Below are positions 9,878 to 21,694 of a stretch of 64,000 bases of DNA, piece after piece. Each line of letters starts with the position of its first letter. Position 1 is the stretch's first letter. Source of the DNA: an uncultured Acidimicrobiaceae bacterium (lineage in GTDB: Bacteria; Actinomycetota; Acidimicrobiia; Spongiisociales; ZC4RG35). Where the stretch lies: positions 28,156-92,155 of the forward strand of contig CAZLEQ010000004.1 in NCBI GenBank assembly GCA_964558575.1, read 5' to 3'. The translations under genes and the position numbers were made by a program. The notes below the pieces were generated by a model. That model made no database searches, was not told the origin of the DNA, and saw only the letters and a program-made list of their open reading frames with translations.

Positions 9878-10822
9878 ATGCGAAAGACGGCTCTGGTCAT
9901 AGCCATGCTCGCTACGGCGTGCAGTCCGGCCGACTCTGCCGACTCCACGACGGAGCCCTCCCCGACATCCACCAGTTCCACGAGCCCCGCCACCACGACG
10001 ACGGCACCGCCTCCCACCACGACCACTGCCCCGACCACGACCACGTCGCCAGGTGACACCACGACCACGACTCTGCTCGAGGGCCATTGGGCTCACGGAC
10101 CCCTGGTGACCACGGAGTTCGGTGCCCTCGGCTGGTGGGATGGCAGCGGGTGGCTGGATGCCGAGAGCGAGGGCGCGTTGCCGGTCGCCGGGGGAGAGGA
10201 CTATCAAGTGATCGTGCTCGACCGGTTGGGCCGGACCACGGGCGGCCCTCAGATCACGGTGTGTGAGCCGCTGGAGCTCATCGGCGTCGAGCTCGCCGAT
10301 CCCGAGCTGCTCGGACAGTTCCCCGGGCCCTATGGCATCGCCATATCCGCTCCATGGGACCTCCAACCCCACTTGTTCGAGACCGTCGCCGACGACGGCA
10401 CCTACGCCGGACATGCCGCACAGCTGCTCTCCGCACGTGGCCTCGACGTTGCCGAGCCCTTCATCAAGCAGCTGTTCCGAACCGACCTCGAGGGGGATGG
10501 CATCAACGAGGTGCTCGTCGTGGCCGAGGAAGTGAGCCCGGGATTCATCATGGAGGAAGGTGACTACTCCATCGCCTTCATGCGCAAGGTGGTAGGCGGT
10601 GAGGTCCAGACCGCGATCCTCGGCGAGACGACGGTCTTCGACGAGATGGACCAGTTCGGGGCGGCTCACTCCTTTGGAGGAGTGGCCGATCTCAATGGCG
10701 ACGGGAAAATGGAGGTCATCGTCAATGCGGCCTTCTTCGAGGGGTTCGCCGTGGAGGTCTGGGAGTATGTGGACGACGACCTGGGGCCCCTCCAGGTCCT
10801 GCAGATGGGATGCGGAAGCTGA
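9878..10822 (+). CDS. secreted lipoprotein of unknown function (Thr/Pro-rich linker, C-terminal beta-rich domain with GDGKMEV motif)
   Basis: Lipobox MLATAC. TTTTAPPPTTTTAPTTTT low-complexity linker. No recognisable catalytic motif. Confidence 0.5.
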   Translation: MRKTALVIAMLATACSPADSADSTTEPSPTSTSSTSPATTTTAPPPTTTTAPTTTTSPGDTTTTTLLEGHWAHGPLVTTEFGALGWWDGSGWLDAESEGALPVAGGEDYQVIVLDRLGRTTGGPQITVCEPLELIGVELADPELLGQFPGPYGIAISAPWDLQPHLFETVADDGTYAGHAAQLLSARGLDVAEPFIKQLFRTDLEGDGINEVLVVAEEVSPGFIMEEGDYSIAFMRKVVGGEVQTAILGETTVFDEMDQFGAAHSFGGVADLNGDGKMEVIVNAAFFEGFAVEVWEYVDDDLGPLQVLQMGCGS

Positions 10823-11229
10823 TGGAGAACCCGTTCGAGGGTCGCCCCACCTTTGTGACACACAGTGGCATCGAGCTCACCGATGCCTCGGTTGACCATT
10901 GCGAAGGTCGTGTCGAAGTGACCCCGACTCATCACCAGCCCTACGGGGTGGTCCACGGTGGTGTCTACTGCACCCTGATCGAGACCCTCGCCTCCACCGG
11001 CGCCGCTCTGTGGGCAATGGAACAAGGAATGGCCGGTGCGGTGGGCCTGACCAACAAGACCGACTTCCTCAAGGCGACCACCGAAGGAGTGCTGCTCGGC
11101 AGGGCTACGCCGATCCACCGCGGGCGAACCCAGCAGCTGTGGCAGGTGGACGTCACCCGGGAAGAAGACGGGAGACTGGTGGCCCAGGGCCAGGTGCGGC
11201 TGCAGAACGTGGCCGGGACCGAGTTCTGA
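10810..11229 (+). CDS. PaaI/4HBT hotdog-fold thioesterase
   Basis: 139 aa. GVVHGGVYCTLIETLAS and RGRTQQLWQVDV typical of the PaaI family. Confidence 0.75.
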   Translation: MRKLMENPFEGRPTFVTHSGIELTDASVDHCEGRVEVTPTHHQPYGVVHGGVYCTLIETLASTGAALWAMEQGMAGAVGLTNKTDFLKATTEGVLLGRATPIHRGRTQQLWQVDVTREEDGRLVAQGQVRLQNVAGTEF

Positions 11230-11236
11230 TCGGCCC

Positions 11237-12034
11237 ATGCCGGAGGGAGACTCGGTTGCCGGGCACGCCGAGAGGCTCCATCCGGTGCTGGCCGGTCGTC
11301 GCATCCAGTCCGTGGCCGGCACCGCTCCCTCGGTGCGGGCCAACTCGCGACGCATCCTCGATGCCACCGTCGACGATGTCAGGACGGTCGGCAAGCACCT
11401 GATCGTCGACCTGTCCACCGGCTATTCGATCAGGGTCCACCTCGGCATGAGCGGGCGGTGGGCGATCTCTCCGCTGGGAAAGCCGCCACACGGTTCGGCG
11501 CGGTTGGTGCTGTCCACCCCCTCCCATCATGCCGCCTGCTACGGCGCGCCGACCGTGGCGGCCGGCCGGACCCCGGTGATCGAAGCCGAGGTCGCCGAGT
11601 TGGGCCCCGATCTCCTGGGCGAATTCGACACGGAGGAGTTCGTGCGGCGAGCCCGGCTTCTCGGCGGCGACCGACCCATCGCACCACTGCTACTCGACCA
11701 GGGGGTGATCGCCGGCATCGGCAACGTGTACAAATCGGAGCTGCTCTTCATGGAAGGGATCCACCCCGACACGCCAGTGGCGGACATCGCCGCAGACGGC
11801 CTCCGCTCCCTCGCCATGCGGGCGCGGCGGCTGATGACCGCCAACGTCGGGCCCGGCCCCCGTAGCACCACTGGGGCCCGGGGCCCGGGACGCGAGCTCT
11901 GGGTCTACGGGAGGCGCGGTCGGCCCTGCCGCCGATGCGGGACCGCAATATTGCAGCGGAACATCGGGGATCGAGTGACCTACTGGTGCCCCGTGTGTCA
12001 GCCACCGGGGCCGCGGTCGATCTCGACCTCCTGA
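11237..12034 (+). CDS. Nei/Fpg family DNA glycosylase (endonuclease VIII-like)
   Basis: Starts MPEGDSV (N-terminal catalytic Pro2 and Glu3). H2TH region IAGIGNVYKSELLFMEGIHP. C-terminal zinc finger CRRCGTAI...YWCPVCQ. Confidence 0.8.
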   Translation: MPEGDSVAGHAERLHPVLAGRRIQSVAGTAPSVRANSRRILDATVDDVRTVGKHLIVDLSTGYSIRVHLGMSGRWAISPLGKPPHGSARLVLSTPSHHAACYGAPTVAAGRTPVIEAEVAELGPDLLGEFDTEEFVRRARLLGGDRPIAPLLLDQGVIAGIGNVYKSELLFMEGIHPDTPVADIAADGLRSLAMRARRLMTANVGPGPRSTTGARGPGRELWVYGRRGRPCRRCGTAILQRNIGDRVTYWCPVCQPPGPRSISTS

Positions 12035-12411
12035 CCCTCGGCGACCGCCGCCAGCCGGGGCAGGTAGTGATCCCAGCCGGTGGTGTGGACGACCACCTCG
12101 TCGTCGGGCAGGTCGCGGTGGGTGAGCGTCATCAAGGAGCCTTCGCCGTCGATCCTCATCTCGACCGTCGAGGACCCCGGGGGGATCCCGGGGTGGTCGG
12201 TCCAACCCCAGGTGAACACCGCCTTGCGATTGGGGATGGTCGATCGGAGACCGATTCCATGTGCGCTTCCCCACGACGGATGTCGTATTCGATCGTTGCT
12301 CTTCTCCCATGGCGGCTTCGCTCCAGACGACCCGATCATCGCCGTGATCACCCCGGCCTGGGTCCGCTTTCTCGACAACCTGGTGGAAGTGGCGCAGACG
12401 GGTCGGCCCAA
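11998..12411 (-). CDS. SRPBCC (Aha1/polyketide cyclase-like) domain protein
   Basis: 137 aa. VEMRIDGEGSLMTLTHRDLPDDE...HTTGWDHYLPRLAAV resembles the SRPBCC/AHSA1 C-terminal pattern. Overlaps the nei 3' end convergently by 37 bp. Confidence 0.4.
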   Translation of the reverse strand: MGRPVCATSTRLSRKRTQAGVITAMIGSSGAKPPWEKSNDRIRHPSWGSAHGIGLRSTIPNRKAVFTWGWTDHPGIPPGSSTVEMRIDGEGSLMTLTHRDLPDDEVVVHTTGWDHYLPRLAAVAEGQEVEIDRGPGG

Positions 12412-12469
12412 CCTTGCCGTCCTGAACCGAGCACCAGTGGCCTGGCCCCGTATCTAGGCTCGGTCGGAC

Positions 12470-14137
12470 ATGCTCGATCTCACCTTCCCGTTGCACGCTC
12501 CCCGTGGCGACGACCTGAACACCAAGGGCTGGCTCCAGGAGGCTGCTCTCAGGTGCCTGCTCAACAACCTCGACCCGGAGGTCGCCGAGGATCCGGAGAA
12601 TCTGGTGGTCTATGGCGGTCGGGGCAAGGCAGCGCGTGACATCGACTCGCTTCACGCCATCGTCCGCACCCTCGAGCGTCTCGAGAGCGATGAGACCCTG
12701 CTGGTCCAGTCGGGCAAGCCGGTGGGAGTCTTCACCACCCACGAGCTGGCGCCACGGGTGCTCATCGCCAACAGCCTGCTGGTCCCGAGATGGGCCACCC
12801 TCGATCACTTCTGGGAGCTCGAAGCCAAGGGCCTTATGATGTACGGGCAGATGACCGCCGGGTCGTGGATCTACATCGGGACCCAGGGCATCCTCCAGGG
12901 CACGTATCAGACGTTCGTAGCCATCGCCGAGAAGGAGTTCGGGGGAAATCTCGCCGGGACTCTCACCCTGACCGGAGGTCTCGGGGGCATGGGTGGGGCT
13001 CAGCCGTTGGCGATCACCATGAACGGCGGGGTGGCACTCTGCGTCGAGGTCGACCCGGCGCGAATCCGCCGGAGGCTGGAGACCGGGTACCTCGATGTGG
13101 AGGCCGACTCCCTCGAGCACGCCATCGAGTTGGCCGTCGAGGCGAAGAATGCCAAGAGGGCCCTCTCCATCGGTCTCCTCGGCAACGCCGCCGACCTGTT
13201 TCCCGAGCTGCTCGACATGGGTCTCGAGGCGGACATCGTCACCGACCAGACCTCGGCGCACGATCCCCTCTATGGATACATCCCCTCGGGATACACCCCC
13301 GAAGAGGCGGCGAAGTTGAGGGAGGACGACCCCGACACCTACATCAAGTCGGCCCGGGAGTCGATGGCGACCCATTGTGAGGCGATGGTCGGTTTCCAAC
13401 GAGCAGGTGCCGAGGTCTTCGACTACGGGAACAACCTGCGTGGAGAGGCCCAAACAGCCGGCTACGCCGATGCCTTCTCCTATCCCGGTTTCGTCCCGGC
13501 ATATATCAGGGATCTCTTCTCCGAAGGCTCCGGGCCCTTCCGGTGGGTGGCGCTGAGCGGAGACACGGCGGACATCGCCGCCACCGACCGAGCCATCGCC
13601 GAGCTCTTCCCCGAAAACGAGCCCCTGCTCCGCTGGCTGGAGCTGGCCGGCGAGAGGGTCCACTATCAGGGCCTCCCCGCCCGGATCTGCTGGCTCTCTT
13701 ACGGGGAGCGACATCTGGCCGGTCTCCGCTTCAACGAACTGGTGGCCTCGGGCGAGGTGTCGGCACCGATCGTCATCGGTCGTGATCACCTCGACTCCGG
13801 TTCGGTGGCCTCGCCGTACCGGGAGACCGAGGCGATGGCCGACGGCTCCGATGCCGTTGCTGACTGGCCCATCCTCAACGCCATGCTCAACGTGTCGTCC
13901 GGGGCTGCCTGGGTCGCGGTCCACCACGGAGGCGGTGTGGGGATCGGCAACTCGATCCATGCCGGTGCCCAGGTCGTGGCCGATGGGACCGACCAGGGAG
14001 CGTTTCGGGTGCAGTGCGTGCTGACCAACGACCCCGGCACGGGTGTGATGCGTCACGCCGATGCCGGCTACCCCAGGGCCCGAGAGGTGGCCCGCCAGCG
14101 CGGGGTCGACATCCCGATGCTCGACCGTGAACTCTGA
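12470..14137 (+). CDS. hutU: urocanate hydratase
   Basis: 555 aa. Full-length match to the HutU architecture ([46 protein letters not shown]). Confidence 0.92.
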   Translation: MLDLTFPLHAPRGDDLNTKGWLQEAALRCLLNNLDPEVAEDPENLVVYGGRGKAARDIDSLHAIVRTLERLESDETLLVQSGKPVGVFTTHELAPRVLIANSLLVPRWATLDHFWELEAKGLMMYGQMTAGSWIYIGTQGILQGTYQTFVAIAEKEFGGNLAGTLTLTGGLGGMGGAQPLAITMNGGVALCVEVDPARIRRRLETGYLDVEADSLEHAIELAVEAKNAKRALSIGLLGNAADLFPELLDMGLEADIVTDQTSAHDPLYGYIPSGYTPEEAAKLREDDPDTYIKSARESMATHCEAMVGFQRAGAEVFDYGNNLRGEAQTAGYADAFSYPGFVPAYIRDLFSEGSGPFRWVALSGDTADIAATDRAIAELFPENEPLLRWLELAGERVHYQGLPARICWLSYGERHLAGLRFNELVASGEVSAPIVIGRDHLDSGSVASPYRETEAMADGSDAVADWPILNAMLNVSSGAAWVAVHHGGGVGIGNSIHAGAQVVADGTDQGAFRVQCVLTNDPGTGVMRHADAGYPRAREVARQRGVDIPMLDREL

Positions 14138-15023
14138 CCCGCACTGGCCCCGGGCCAGTGTCTGGCTCGCCGGCGAGGCGCCGGTGCCCGACGTGGTCGT
14201 GGTCGGGGTGCCTTCCTCGAAGGCGAGCATCGTCGCGTCCCGGGCCGACCTCGCTCCGCTCGAAGTCCGTCTCCGTCTCGACCGTTTCTCGACCTTCCAC
14301 GGCGAGACCGGGGTCGACTTCTCCTCGGTGGCGGTGCGCGACATGGGCAACTGGCCGGTGTCGGAGCTCGACATGGGCTCTCTGATCTCTGAAGTCGAGA
14401 ATCTCGCTTCGACCCTTCCGAAGGCCACCCTGAGTCTGTTTCTCGGGGGAGACAATGCCATCACCCGTCCCCTGGTGGCGTCGCTGGGTAGCGACCTCTC
14501 CGAAGTGGGGTTGATCACCTTCGACGCCCACCACGACGTGCGCACTCTCTCCGACGGCCCCACCAACGGGACCCCGGTCCGGGGACTGATCGAGGAGCAC
14601 GGCCTCCCCGCGGGCAACGTCGTCCAGATCGGTATCCACTCGTTCTCCAACTCGGCGCAATACCGGAGCTACTGCGACCAGGCCGGTGTCACCAGCGTGA
14701 CGGTGGACCAGGTGGAGACGATGGGGATGATCGCGGCCGTGGATGCCGCCCTGGAACAGCTCAGCGCCTCCTGCTCGGCGATCTACGTCGACGTCGACAT
14801 CGACGTCCTCGACCGCGCCTTCGCCCCGGGAAGTCCCGGCGCCCGGCCCGGCGGGCTCACCGTGCGTCAGCTCGCCCAGGGGGTGTCCCGGTGCGCGGCC
14901 CACCCCGCGGTGCGAGCGATGGACTTCGTCGAGGTGGACCCCACCATCGACATCGCCCACCAGACCATCGACGTGATGGCCCACCTACTCCTCACCGCCG
15001 TCGCCGGCTACGCCACCCGATGA
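14124..15023 (+). CDS. hutG: formimidoylglutamase (arginase/agmatinase/HutG family)
   Basis: [31 protein letters not shown] are Mn-binding motifs of the arginase fold. GTG start overlapping the hutU stop (GTGA). Assignment as HutG is by hut context. Confidence 0.7.
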   Translation, partial: TVNSDPHWPRASVWLAGEAPVPDVVVVGVPSSKASIVASRADLAPLEVRLRLDRFSTFHGETGVDFSSVAVRDMGNWPVSELDMGSLISEVENLASTLPKATLSLFLGGDNAITRPLVASLGSDLSEVGLITFDAHHDVRTLSDGPTNGTPVRGLIEEHGLPAGNVVQIGIHSFSNSAQYRSYCDQAGVTSVTVDQVETMGMIAAVDAALEQLSASCSAIYVDVDIDVLDRAFAPGSPGARPGGLTVRQLAQGVSRCAAHPAVRAMDFVEVDPTIDIAHQTIDVMAHLLLTAVAGYATR

Positions 15024-15054
15024 CGCTAGGCGCCCCGAAGGACGGAGAGGGCGC

Positions 15055-16170
15055 TCAGCCGCCGCTGACCACCTGCTCGGCCTCCTTGGCGAGGCCGTTG
15101 CTGGATCGAGTTTCGAGGAAGCCGTGGGGAAGCCGGACCGGGCGGGGCCCATGGCTGTGGCCGCGCACCATGCGTTGGGCGTCCTCCGGGAAGGGAACGT
15201 CGGAGTCCAATCTGCCGACCAGGTCGGCGAGCTCGGCAACCGATGACACCCGGGCGAAGGCATCGCGTAGCACCGGGCCCACCGGAAAACCCTTCAGGTA
15301 CCACGAGGGGTGCTTGCGAAACAGGTTGATGCCGAACGGGTCGCCGAAGTGATCGACCACCAGGGTGGCGTGGCGGATCATGATCCGGCCCACCTCACCG
15401 AGGTTCGGCGCATCTTGCGGGGTCCGTCCGGCGAAGACGTCGGCGAGGTCGCGAAACAGCCAGGGCCGACCCAGACAGCCCCGCCCCACGACCACCCCGT
15501 CGCACCCGGTGGACTCGATCATCTCGACGGCGTCTCCGGCGGTCCAGATGTCGCCATTACCGAGCACCGGAATCGAGGTGACCGCCTCCTTCAGCTTCCG
15601 GATCGCCTCCCAATCGGCCTCCCCCGAGTAGAGCTGGCGGGCAGTGCGGGCGTGCAGGGCGACGGCGGCTGCTCCCTCCTCCTCGGCGATCAGACCGGTC
15701 TCCAGATAGGTGAGGTGACCGTCGTCGATTCCCTTGCGGAACTTGACGGTGACCGGGACGTCGCCCGCGTTGGAGACAGCCGCCCTCACGATCGATCGGA
15801 ACAGGTCGGTTTTCCAGGGCAGAGCGGCGCCACCGCCGTGACGGGTCACCTTGCCCATCGGGCAGCCGAAGTTCATGTCGATGTGGTCGACCTCGCTCTC
15901 CGACACCAGGACACTGACCGCCTCCCCCAGAGACGCCGGGTCGGTCCCGTAGAGCTGGATCGACCGGGGCACCTCGTCGGGATCGAAGCGCGCCAGAGCC
16001 AAAGTCTTGTCGTTCCTCTCGATCAGGCCGCGCGCCCCGATCATCTCCGAGACGTACAGGCCGGCACCGAACTCCCGGCACAACCGTCGGAACGGTGCGT
16101 TGGTCACCCCCGCCATGGGGGCGAGCACGACCGCCGGGTCGACCTGAATCCGGCCGATGGTGAGAGGCAT
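15055..16170 (-). CDS. tRNA-dihydrouridine synthase
   Basis: 371 aa. LAPMAGVTNAPFRRLCREFGAGLYVSEM, DMNFGCP and TVKFRKG motifs of the Dus family. Confidence 0.85.
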   Translation of the reverse strand: MPLTIGRIQVDPAVVLAPMAGVTNAPFRRLCREFGAGLYVSEMIGARGLIERNDKTLALARFDPDEVPRSIQLYGTDPASLGEAVSVLVSESEVDHIDMNFGCPMGKVTRHGGGAALPWKTDLFRSIVRAAVSNAGDVPVTVKFRKGIDDGHLTYLETGLIAEEEGAAAVALHARTARQLYSGEADWEAIRKLKEAVTSIPVLGNGDIWTAGDAVEMIESTGCDGVVVGRGCLGRPWLFRDLADVFAGRTPQDAPNLGEVGRIMIRHATLVVDHFGDPFGINLFRKHPSWYLKGFPVGPVLRDAFARVSSVAELADLVGRLDSDVPFPEDAQRMVRGHSHGPRPVRLPHGFLETRSSNGLAKEAEQVVSGG

Positions 16171-16191
16171 GGGCTCGATGATATTGGCGGC

Positions 16192-17001
16192 CTATTTCCT
16201 CAGCATCCCGTCGAGGCGTCGGGCCGCGATCGATGCCCCCACCACCCCCATCACCACGAGGAAGGCGGCGTGCCCGAGCATGGTCCAGTCGACCATCCCG
16301 AGAGTGAATCCCCTGAGCAGCTCGGTGCCGTGGTACAGCGGTGACAGCTTGGCGATCAATTGCAACACCGGTGGGTAGACGTCGATGGGATAGAAGGTCC
16401 CTGAGAAGAGGAACAGCGGCATGGTCACCAGCGTGACCAGGTCGAAGTCCTGCCACGACTTCATCCAGGTGCAGGCGGCGAGACCGGCCGCGCCGAAGGC
16501 GAAACCGATCAAGGTCGCCGCAGGCACGGCGAATATCGCCATCCAGGACTCAGTCATACCGAGGCCCCACATCACCCCGACGAATGCCGTCGAATAGAGG
16601 ACGCCGCGCACCAGGGCCCACCCGATCTCCCCGATGGCGATGTCCATGGGCTGCATCGGAGTGGTGAGGATGCCCTCGTAGACCTTGCCGAACTGGAGCT
16701 TGAAGAAGATGTTGAACGTGGTCTCGATCACCGCCCCGTTCATCGCCGAGGCGGCCATCATCGCCGGAGCGACGAAGGCGGCGTAGGGGACGGCTTGACC
16801 GTTGGGAAGGGTGACGTCTCCCACTAGGGCCCCGACTCCGATACCCACTGCCAGCAAGTAGAACACCGGCTCGAAGAACCCGCTGAACACGACTTTCCAG
16901 AGTCGGCGGTAGGCCAGGTAGTTCTTCTCCCATATCCGCTGAGCCCGGAACGGGGTGATCTTTCCCAGCGGAGTGAGCCGGGTGGGAGCCGAGACGCTCA
17001 T
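16192..17001 (-). CDS. ABC-2 type transporter permease
   Basis: ORF 16192..17520 trimmed to MSVSAPTRLTPLG (codon 174). Six TM helices. ABC-2 family signature near FLFSGTFYPID. ATGA overlap with the upstream permease. Confidence 0.75.
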   Translation of the reverse strand: MSVSAPTRLTPLGKITPFRAQRIWEKNYLAYRRLWKVVFSGFFEPVFYLLAVGIGVGALVGDVTLPNGQAVPYAAFVAPAMMAASAMNGAVIETTFNIFFKLQFGKVYEGILTTPMQPMDIAIGEIGWALVRGVLYSTAFVGVMWGLGMTESWMAIFAVPAATLIGFAFGAAGLAACTWMKSWQDFDLVTLVTMPLFLFSGTFYPIDVYPPVLQLIAKLSPLYHGTELLRGFTLGMVDWTMLGHAAFLVVMGVVGASIAARRLDGMLRK

Positions 17002-17794
17002 TGGCGGATCCTCTTGTCGAGCAGCCGGACCGACAGGTAGACCCCGATTGCCGACATGGCCAGCAGGTAGGCGGCATGTGACCACATCGGCATAGCAGTG
17101 ACGATCGAGCCGTCGACTCCGGGCAGGGCGATCTTCCGCACCAGCTCCACGCCGTGGAAGAGCGGGGTGAAGTAGGCCACCGGCTCGATCCAATCCGGGA
17201 GTTGGCTGATGGGGAAGAAGGTCCCCGAGAACAGGAACAGCGGCACGATGAGGAAGCGAAACAGCGTGGAGAGGCTGCGCCCGTCCTTCTGGGTCAGGGT
17301 CCAAGCGGTGATCGCGGTTGTGAAGGCGACACCTGTGAGCACCGCCGGGGGGATGGCGGCCAGCGCCGGGCCGATCTCGAGCGCACCGAACAGGACCGCG
17401 ATCACGGCGAACACCAACAGTGTGAAGAGGAGCCGACCTACCCCCCAGATGAGCCGACCCCAGACGATGTCGGCCGGACCCAGCGGGGTGGTGACGGTTC
17501 CGTGGAAGTTCTTCCGCCACAGGATCCCTGCCATCACCGGGAAGGCGCCGTCACCAGCACCGTTCTGCATGGCGTTGGCCGCCATCAGGCCGCTGGCGAC
17601 GAAGGCGAGATAGGAGATCGACAGCGTCTGTCCGGAGCCTTCGTCCACCAGAGCCCCGAGACCCGCTCCCATGGCGGCGAGAAAGAACACCGGGTTGACG
17701 AAAGAGGTGATCACCGTGCCCCGCCAGGTGCGTCGATAAGCGACGACCTCCGACTCGGCGTATCGCAGCGACCGGCTGAGTGTGGTCGATGCCA

Positions 17795-17795
<1 letters not shown>
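16998..17795 (-). CDS. ABC-2 type transporter permease
   Basis: 265 aa. Paralog of the downstream permease (FLFSGTFFPISQLP). ATGA overlap with the ATPase gene. Confidence 0.75.
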
Positions 17796-18721
<926 letters not shown>

Positions 18722-18886
18722 CAGTCGGACGACGGTAGTGCCCGGAGGTGACAAGTCTCGACGTGTTTGCCGGTCGACGGTGCGGTGCGCGCGCCGAACG
18801 CGCTTCTGGGCACGTTCGATGCTGCTCTCGGTCTGAGTGTGCACCGGACACGCGCTGGCCGCGCTCTCCCCCACGCTCGATCGGCG

Positions 18887-19381
18887 TCAGTAGCTGTCGA
18901 GCTTGATCACCTCGGCGGCTCGCTTCCTCCCTCCGAATTTGCGCGGCTCGGCGTCGGCGGTGGGATAACCGAGGGCGATCGCGTAACGAGCCACCGACAT
19001 GTCCGGCACGCCGAGGAAGGCGGCGGCGGCACGGTGGCGATGCAGGGTGACCGGGCATGATGCCACGCCGATCGCCCTGGCGGCCAGCATCATGTTCTGC
19101 GCCGCCCGGCCGATGTCGAACTCGTTGCCTCCCGGCTCTTGCACCAGGACGATCGTGGCCACAGAGTCGCGTACCGGCTGGGTGAAGTCACCGTGCTCGG
19201 CGAGACCCTGGAGCCGCTCCGGGTCGGTCACCCCGATGAACGACCACGATTGTTGGTTCTTCGAGCTACCGGTCCAGCGGCCAGCCTCGAGAATCGCTCC
19301 CAGGTCGTCGTTGCTGAGGAGTTCCGCCTCGTAGTCGCGTATGGCGCGCAGGCCGAGGATGAAGTCGTAGATGTCGGACAT
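18887..19381 (-). CDS. nitroreductase family protein
   Basis: 164 aa. [13 protein letters not shown] and [18 protein letters not shown] typical of the NfsB/nitroreductase fold. Confidence 0.75.
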   Translation of the reverse strand: MSDIYDFILGLRAIRDYEAELLSNDDLGAILEAGRWTGSSKNQQSWSFIGVTDPERLQGLAEHGDFTQPVRDSVATIVLVQEPGGNEFDIGRAAQNMMLAARAIGVASCPVTLHRHRAAAAFLGVPDMSVARYAIALGYPTADAEPRKFGGRKRAAEVIKLDSY

Positions 19382-19403
19382 GGTTGGAGACTATGCGCCT
19401 CGG

Positions 19404-19841
19404 TCAACCGTTCGGGTAGAGGATCATCTGAGTGGCACGGAAATAAGCCAGTCTCCGGCCGGTGGCCTCTTCACTGACCTCGACGTCCCACACCTGGGTG
19501 GTACGACCACCATGGATCACGCGTGCCTCGGCGAGCATCGCCCCCTCGAGCAGCGTCCCGGTGAAGTTGGACTTCAGCTCGATGGTGGTGAAACCGGACG
19601 CACCGTCGGGGAAGTTCCCCACACAGCCGAAACCGGCGGCGGTGTCGGCCAGGGTGATGACCGAGCCGGCGTGCAGGTATCCGTTGGGGGCAAGGTGAAA
19701 GGGCTGGATCTCACAGCGCATGCGGGCGGTGCCCTCGCCGATGTCGATCAACTCGAGTCCCATGTGACCGGGCAGGGTCGCCTCGCTGGCTTGACGCAGC
19801 ATATCCGCTATCCCTTCCCGGTCGGTCTCCTGGTACATCAT
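19404..19841 (-). CDS. PaaI family hotdog thioesterase
   Basis: ORF 19404..20654 trimmed to [10 protein letters not shown] (145 aa). [17 protein letters not shown] and [13 protein letters not shown] motifs. Confidence 0.7.
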   Translation of the reverse strand: MMYQETDREGIADMLRQASEATLPGHMGLELIDIGEGTARMRCEIQPFHLAPNGYLHAGSVITLADTAAGFGCVGNFPDGASGFTTIELKSNFTGTLLEGAMLAEARVIHGGRTTQVWDVEVSEEATGRRLAYFRATQMILYPNG

Positions 19842-19928
19842 CGCAGCGACGTTACCGGTCGGTTTGGTAGTGCGAGGTGTCGTTCCGATAGGTTGTTCTC
19901 CGTTCAAAGACAGAGGAGAACGCGACCC

Positions 19929-20645
19929 ATGCCCACCCCACACATCTCTGCGCCAGAAGGCGGGTTCGCCCCCTCGATATTGCTCCCGGGCGACCCGCTC
20001 CGCGCCCGGCACATCGCCGAGAACTTTTTCGATGACGTGAGACAGGTAAACGAAATTCGCAACATGCTCGGCTACACCGGGTCTTACCGGGGGGTGCCCA
20101 TATCGGTGATGGGAACGGGCATGGGCATTCCGTCGGCGTCGATCTACGCCACGGAACTGGTCAACGAATACGAGGTGGAGCGACTGATCCGGGTGGGATC
20201 GTGTGGGGCCGTCACTGAGCAGGTAGAGGTGCGCGACGTCATCCTCGCGATCGGCGCCTGCACCGACTCCCTGGTCAACCGGACCCGCTACGGAGGTCTC
20301 GACTTCGCCGCGGTTGCCGACTTCTGGCTCCTCCGGGCGGCCGTCGAAGCAGCCGAGGCGAGGGGGATCGAGGTCAAGGTGGGCAACGTCCACTCGGCAG
20401 ATCTCTTCTACAACCCCGATCCGGAGGCCTTCAACCGCATGGAGGCGATGGGGGTCCTGGCCGTGGAGATGGAGGCGGCCGGTCTTTACGGGGTCGCCGC
20501 CGAGCACGGAGCGCGGGCGCTGACCATCTGCACCGTCTCCGATCACATCCGCACCGGTGAGTGGGTCACCTCCGAGGAGCGGGAGAAGACCTTCGACGAG
20601 ATGGTCGAGATCGCCCTCGAGGCGGTGCGCATCGACAGCGGCTGA
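19929..20645 (+). CDS. deoD: purine nucleoside phosphorylase, DeoD-type
   Basis: 238 aa from [56 protein letters not shown] and VEMEAAGLY match PNP/UDP family 1. Confidence 0.85.
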   Translation: MPTPHISAPEGGFAPSILLPGDPLRARHIAENFFDDVRQVNEIRNMLGYTGSYRGVPISVMGTGMGIPSASIYATELVNEYEVERLIRVGSCGAVTEQVEVRDVILAIGACTDSLVNRTRYGGLDFAAVADFWLLRAAVEAAEARGIEVKVGNVHSADLFYNPDPEAFNRMEAMGVLAVEMEAAGLYGVAAEHGARALTICTVSDHIRTGEWVTSEEREKTFDEMVEIALEAVRIDSG

Positions 20646-20708
20646 GAGCGGCACCCACTTGGTAATGGGTGTACAGACGGTTGCTCATTACGCTAAGGTG
20701 CCCCGGCC

Positions 20709-21389
20709 ATGTCCGTGGACCGTGCCATCGTCAAGAGGGCCGTCGCCGACGCGCTGCCTCTGTTCGTCCCGGCGGTGCCGTTCGCCCTGGTCATCGGGCT
20801 GGCCATCGTCGAGGCCGGCATCCACCCCTTCTCCGGGTGGTCCGGTTCGTGGCTCATCTTCGGTGGTGCCGCCCAACTCACCCTGATCTCCCTGCTCGGC
20901 TCGGGTGCGGCGGTGGTGGCTGCCGCCACCGCCGCCTTGGTAGTCAATGCCCGCCACCTCATGTACTCGGCGGCCCATGCTCCCACCTTCCAGAAACAGC
21001 CGGTCTGGTTTCGCTGGCTCGGGCCCTACTTGCTCATCGACCAGATGTTCGCCCTCACCATCATCGAGGTGGACCGCGAGCCCGAGGCATTCCGCACCTA
21101 CTACCTGGCGGCCGGCGCCACCTTCTGGACTCTCTGGCAGATCACCACCGCCCTGGGTCTCGCCCTGGGTCCGGTGGTGCCACAGGAGTGGAACCTCGCG
21201 TTCGCGGTGCCGCTGCTCTTCATCGGGCTGATCGTCTTGGGAACCGACAAATGGCCGAAGGCGGTGGCCGCCCTGGTCGGCGGAGGGGTCACCTTCCTCG
21301 TGGCAGGGCTTCCCAACCGCACAGGGCTCCTGGTCGGTGCTCTGGTCGGGATCGCCGTTGGGACCACCATCGAGTGGGTGAGGCGATGA
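20709..21389 (+). CDS. azlC: AzlC family branched-chain amino acid exporter component
   Basis: 226 aa, multi-TM. PFALVIGLAIVEAGI...VVNARHLMYSAA pattern of AzlC. Confidence 0.75.
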   Translation: MSVDRAIVKRAVADALPLFVPAVPFALVIGLAIVEAGIHPFSGWSGSWLIFGGAAQLTLISLLGSGAAVVAAATAALVVNARHLMYSAAHAPTFQKQPVWFRWLGPYLLIDQMFALTIIEVDREPEAFRTYYLAAGATFWTLWQITTALGLALGPVVPQEWNLAFAVPLLFIGLIVLGTDKWPKAVAALVGGGVTFLVAGLPNRTGLLVGALVGIAVGTTIEWVRR

Positions 21390-21694
21390 CCACGTTCCTG
21401 GTCACCGTGGTCGTCGGCATCGGGAGCTATCTGAGCCGATCGATATTCATTCTCGCCCTCGCCAGGAAGAAGATCCCCGACTCGCTGCTCCTCGCCCTCC
21501 AGTTCGTGGCTCCGGCGGTGCTCGGGGCGCTCATCGTCGCCCTGCTCATCGACGAGAACGGATCGGTGGCCATCGGCATCCCGGAGATGAGCGCTCTCGC
21601 CGTCGGCGCCTTCGTCACCCACAAGACCCGCAACCACATTCTCACGCTGATCCTCGGGATGACCGTCTACTGGGTGGTCCGCGCCCTGATCTAG
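21386..21694 (+). CDS. azlD: AzlD family branched-chain amino acid transport protein
   Basis: 102 aa small membrane protein. ATGA overlap with azlC. Confidence 0.7.
   Translation: MTTFLVTVVVGIGSYLSRSIFILALARKKIPDSLLLALQFVAPAVLGALIVALLIDENGSVAIGIPEMSALAVGAFVTHKTRNHILTLILGMTVYWVVRALI

Noticed and set aside
9100-10861. 322-aa and 362-aa minus-strand ORFs
   Set aside because: They are antisense to maf and the lipoprotein gene, with no motifs and Arg/Gly/His-rich composition.
11690-14650. 986-aa ORF on the minus strand
   Set aside because: It is antisense to hutU/hutG, extremely Arg/Gly/Pro-rich and has no domain signal. This is a typical spurious antisense ORF in high-GC DNA.
16192-17520. 442-aa ORF read as a single protein
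   Set aside because: The N-terminal 173 codons overlap the upstream permease in another frame and are Arg/His-rich. The real ABC-2 permease starts at the internal Met (17001) with an ATGA overlap.
19371-20654. Two long overlapping ORFs (424 aa plus-strand, 416 aa minus-strand)
   Set aside because: Only the C-terminal parts are real genes (deoD 19929..20645 on the plus strand, thioesterase 19404..19841 on the minus strand). The extensions are mutual antisense read-through.
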